Below are positions 63,047-64,000 of a stretch of DNA of 64,000 nt, piece after piece. The notes beneath the pieces are model-generated. The model saw only the letters and a list, made by a program, of their open reading frames with translations. It was not told where the DNA came from and made no database searches. Source of the DNA: Utricularia gibba. Lineage: Eukaryota; Plantae; Magnoliophyta. The position numbers and the translations under genes were made by a program. Numbering within the stretch: the stretch's first letter is position 1; every line of letters begins with the position of its first letter. The stretch is from positions 806,001 through 870,000 of the forward strand of contig NEEC01000023.1 of assembly GCA_002189035.1 (NCBI GenBank), given 5' to 3'.

Positions 63047-63896
63047 GCACATGTTCGCGCATCCGAGCGTCCAGCAACCCCGGGCAGGCCTCGTGTTAGC
63101 GCGCCGAGCGACCACCACGGAACTCCACGCCGGCAAAACAGACCTCCGAATATATACACGCTTCACGCCTCCATCGGTGCCTCTGGACGCCAACCCTGTT
63201 CCGCAGCCAGCAACCAACCACTAACGACGACAGGGATACTAATACAACCCAACAATGGCAGGAAGGCTTACAATACCCACAACCCTAAACGATGAGGGCC
63301 AAGGAAAATGAAAAGGAACAGCGCATGCGCAACCATGAAGCAACATAATGATGAATAGAAGGAAGAATGTTACGCCGATGTTAAGTCGGGCGATTTCGAG
63401 ATGTTTGATTCGCGCTGCTTTAAGATACAAATTACAAGGGAATCGCAAGTTTAAATACGCAGTACCTTTACTGATGATGCTCCCGACCGGTTGAGATAGA
63501 TTTGTTGATGACTGTTTGAATGGACCTGGATGGATTGTGCAGTCCCTACTTTATTATGTAGGACTTGGCACAGCCCATCCAGGAGCAAACAAATCGATTG
63601 CAGTGAGTTTTCCGTGCGCGGGAAGGTGCAGGATAACGCGACACACGACACAATCGAGGGGAGAGCCGGGCTGAAACCCCGTGCCATCTCCCCACCAAAT
63701 CCAAAAAACAGTTATTTTATTAGACTTTGACCTGCCATGCGAGCGCACCCAACATGGCAAAGGTCTCTGACATCCTCACCACCCACCCGTAAAGACAAGC
63801 AACGATATTCTCTACGAACCCGCAGCAAAGACAACCCAACAAAATGATCAAATACACAACGAGTAATTCCTGAAAGATAACTTCCCTTAAATCCAT
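63047..63896 (-). other. Unidentified, apparently degenerate spliced gene fragment (hydrophobic segments; possible RING-like remnant)
   Basis: ATG ORF at 63896-63720 (MDLREVIFQELLVVYLIILLG...AWQ, then a GT donor), exon-like blocks with AG/GT borders (AARIKHLEIARLNIGVTFFLLFIIMLLH), a PLDCVVC motif and in-frame stops. No family could be confirmed. Confidence 0.25.
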
Positions 63897-64000
63897 TCTC
63901 GGTCGGAATAGAGGCGCCTCTGAAGGGACTCCTAGAGTGGCAAGTTCACTGAATCTCGAACCGGATCACCAGCAAAAGCGCTTGGCGCAAATTTAAGAAC

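Overview
Plant (eudicot) nuclear DNA with very high gene density and short introns (many about 70-100 bp). I can support 19 spliced protein-coding genes: ALA1, APP2, a GH79 heparanase-like gene, IMP4, PPD7, ACBP4, a PWWP gene, a RALF, a PP2C, PSS1, an ICU11/CP2-family 2OG oxygenase, ZAR1-like LRR-RLK, a thaumatin-like gene, an NFD4-like MFS gene, a USP-domain kinase, a DnaJ-RRM gene, a GT47 exostosin, DSK2 and MPT1. There are also two clear pseudogenes that the ORF track misses: a DExH RNA helicase with a large internal deletion, and a SKP1. I see no recognisable transposon coding sequence. This compactness resembles a miniaturised genome such as Lentibulariaceae; that is inference, and the species cannot be determined from the window. 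The most unusual item is an 81-nt minus-strand tRNA-Cys(GCA)-like cloverleaf at 62572-62652. It has 6 extra nt at the canonical intron position that fold back onto the anticodon, and no nearby Pol III terminator. Other points of interest are a perfect 68-bp duplication of a splice acceptor in APP2 that creates a poison 3' splice site, and a predicted uORF-packed 56-nt leader exon in PSS1. Caveat: five otherwise intact genes each lack one base in or next to a homopolymer run. This points to systematic assembly indel errors, so single-base claims need read support. All homology calls are from memory of protein and RNA families; no searches were run.
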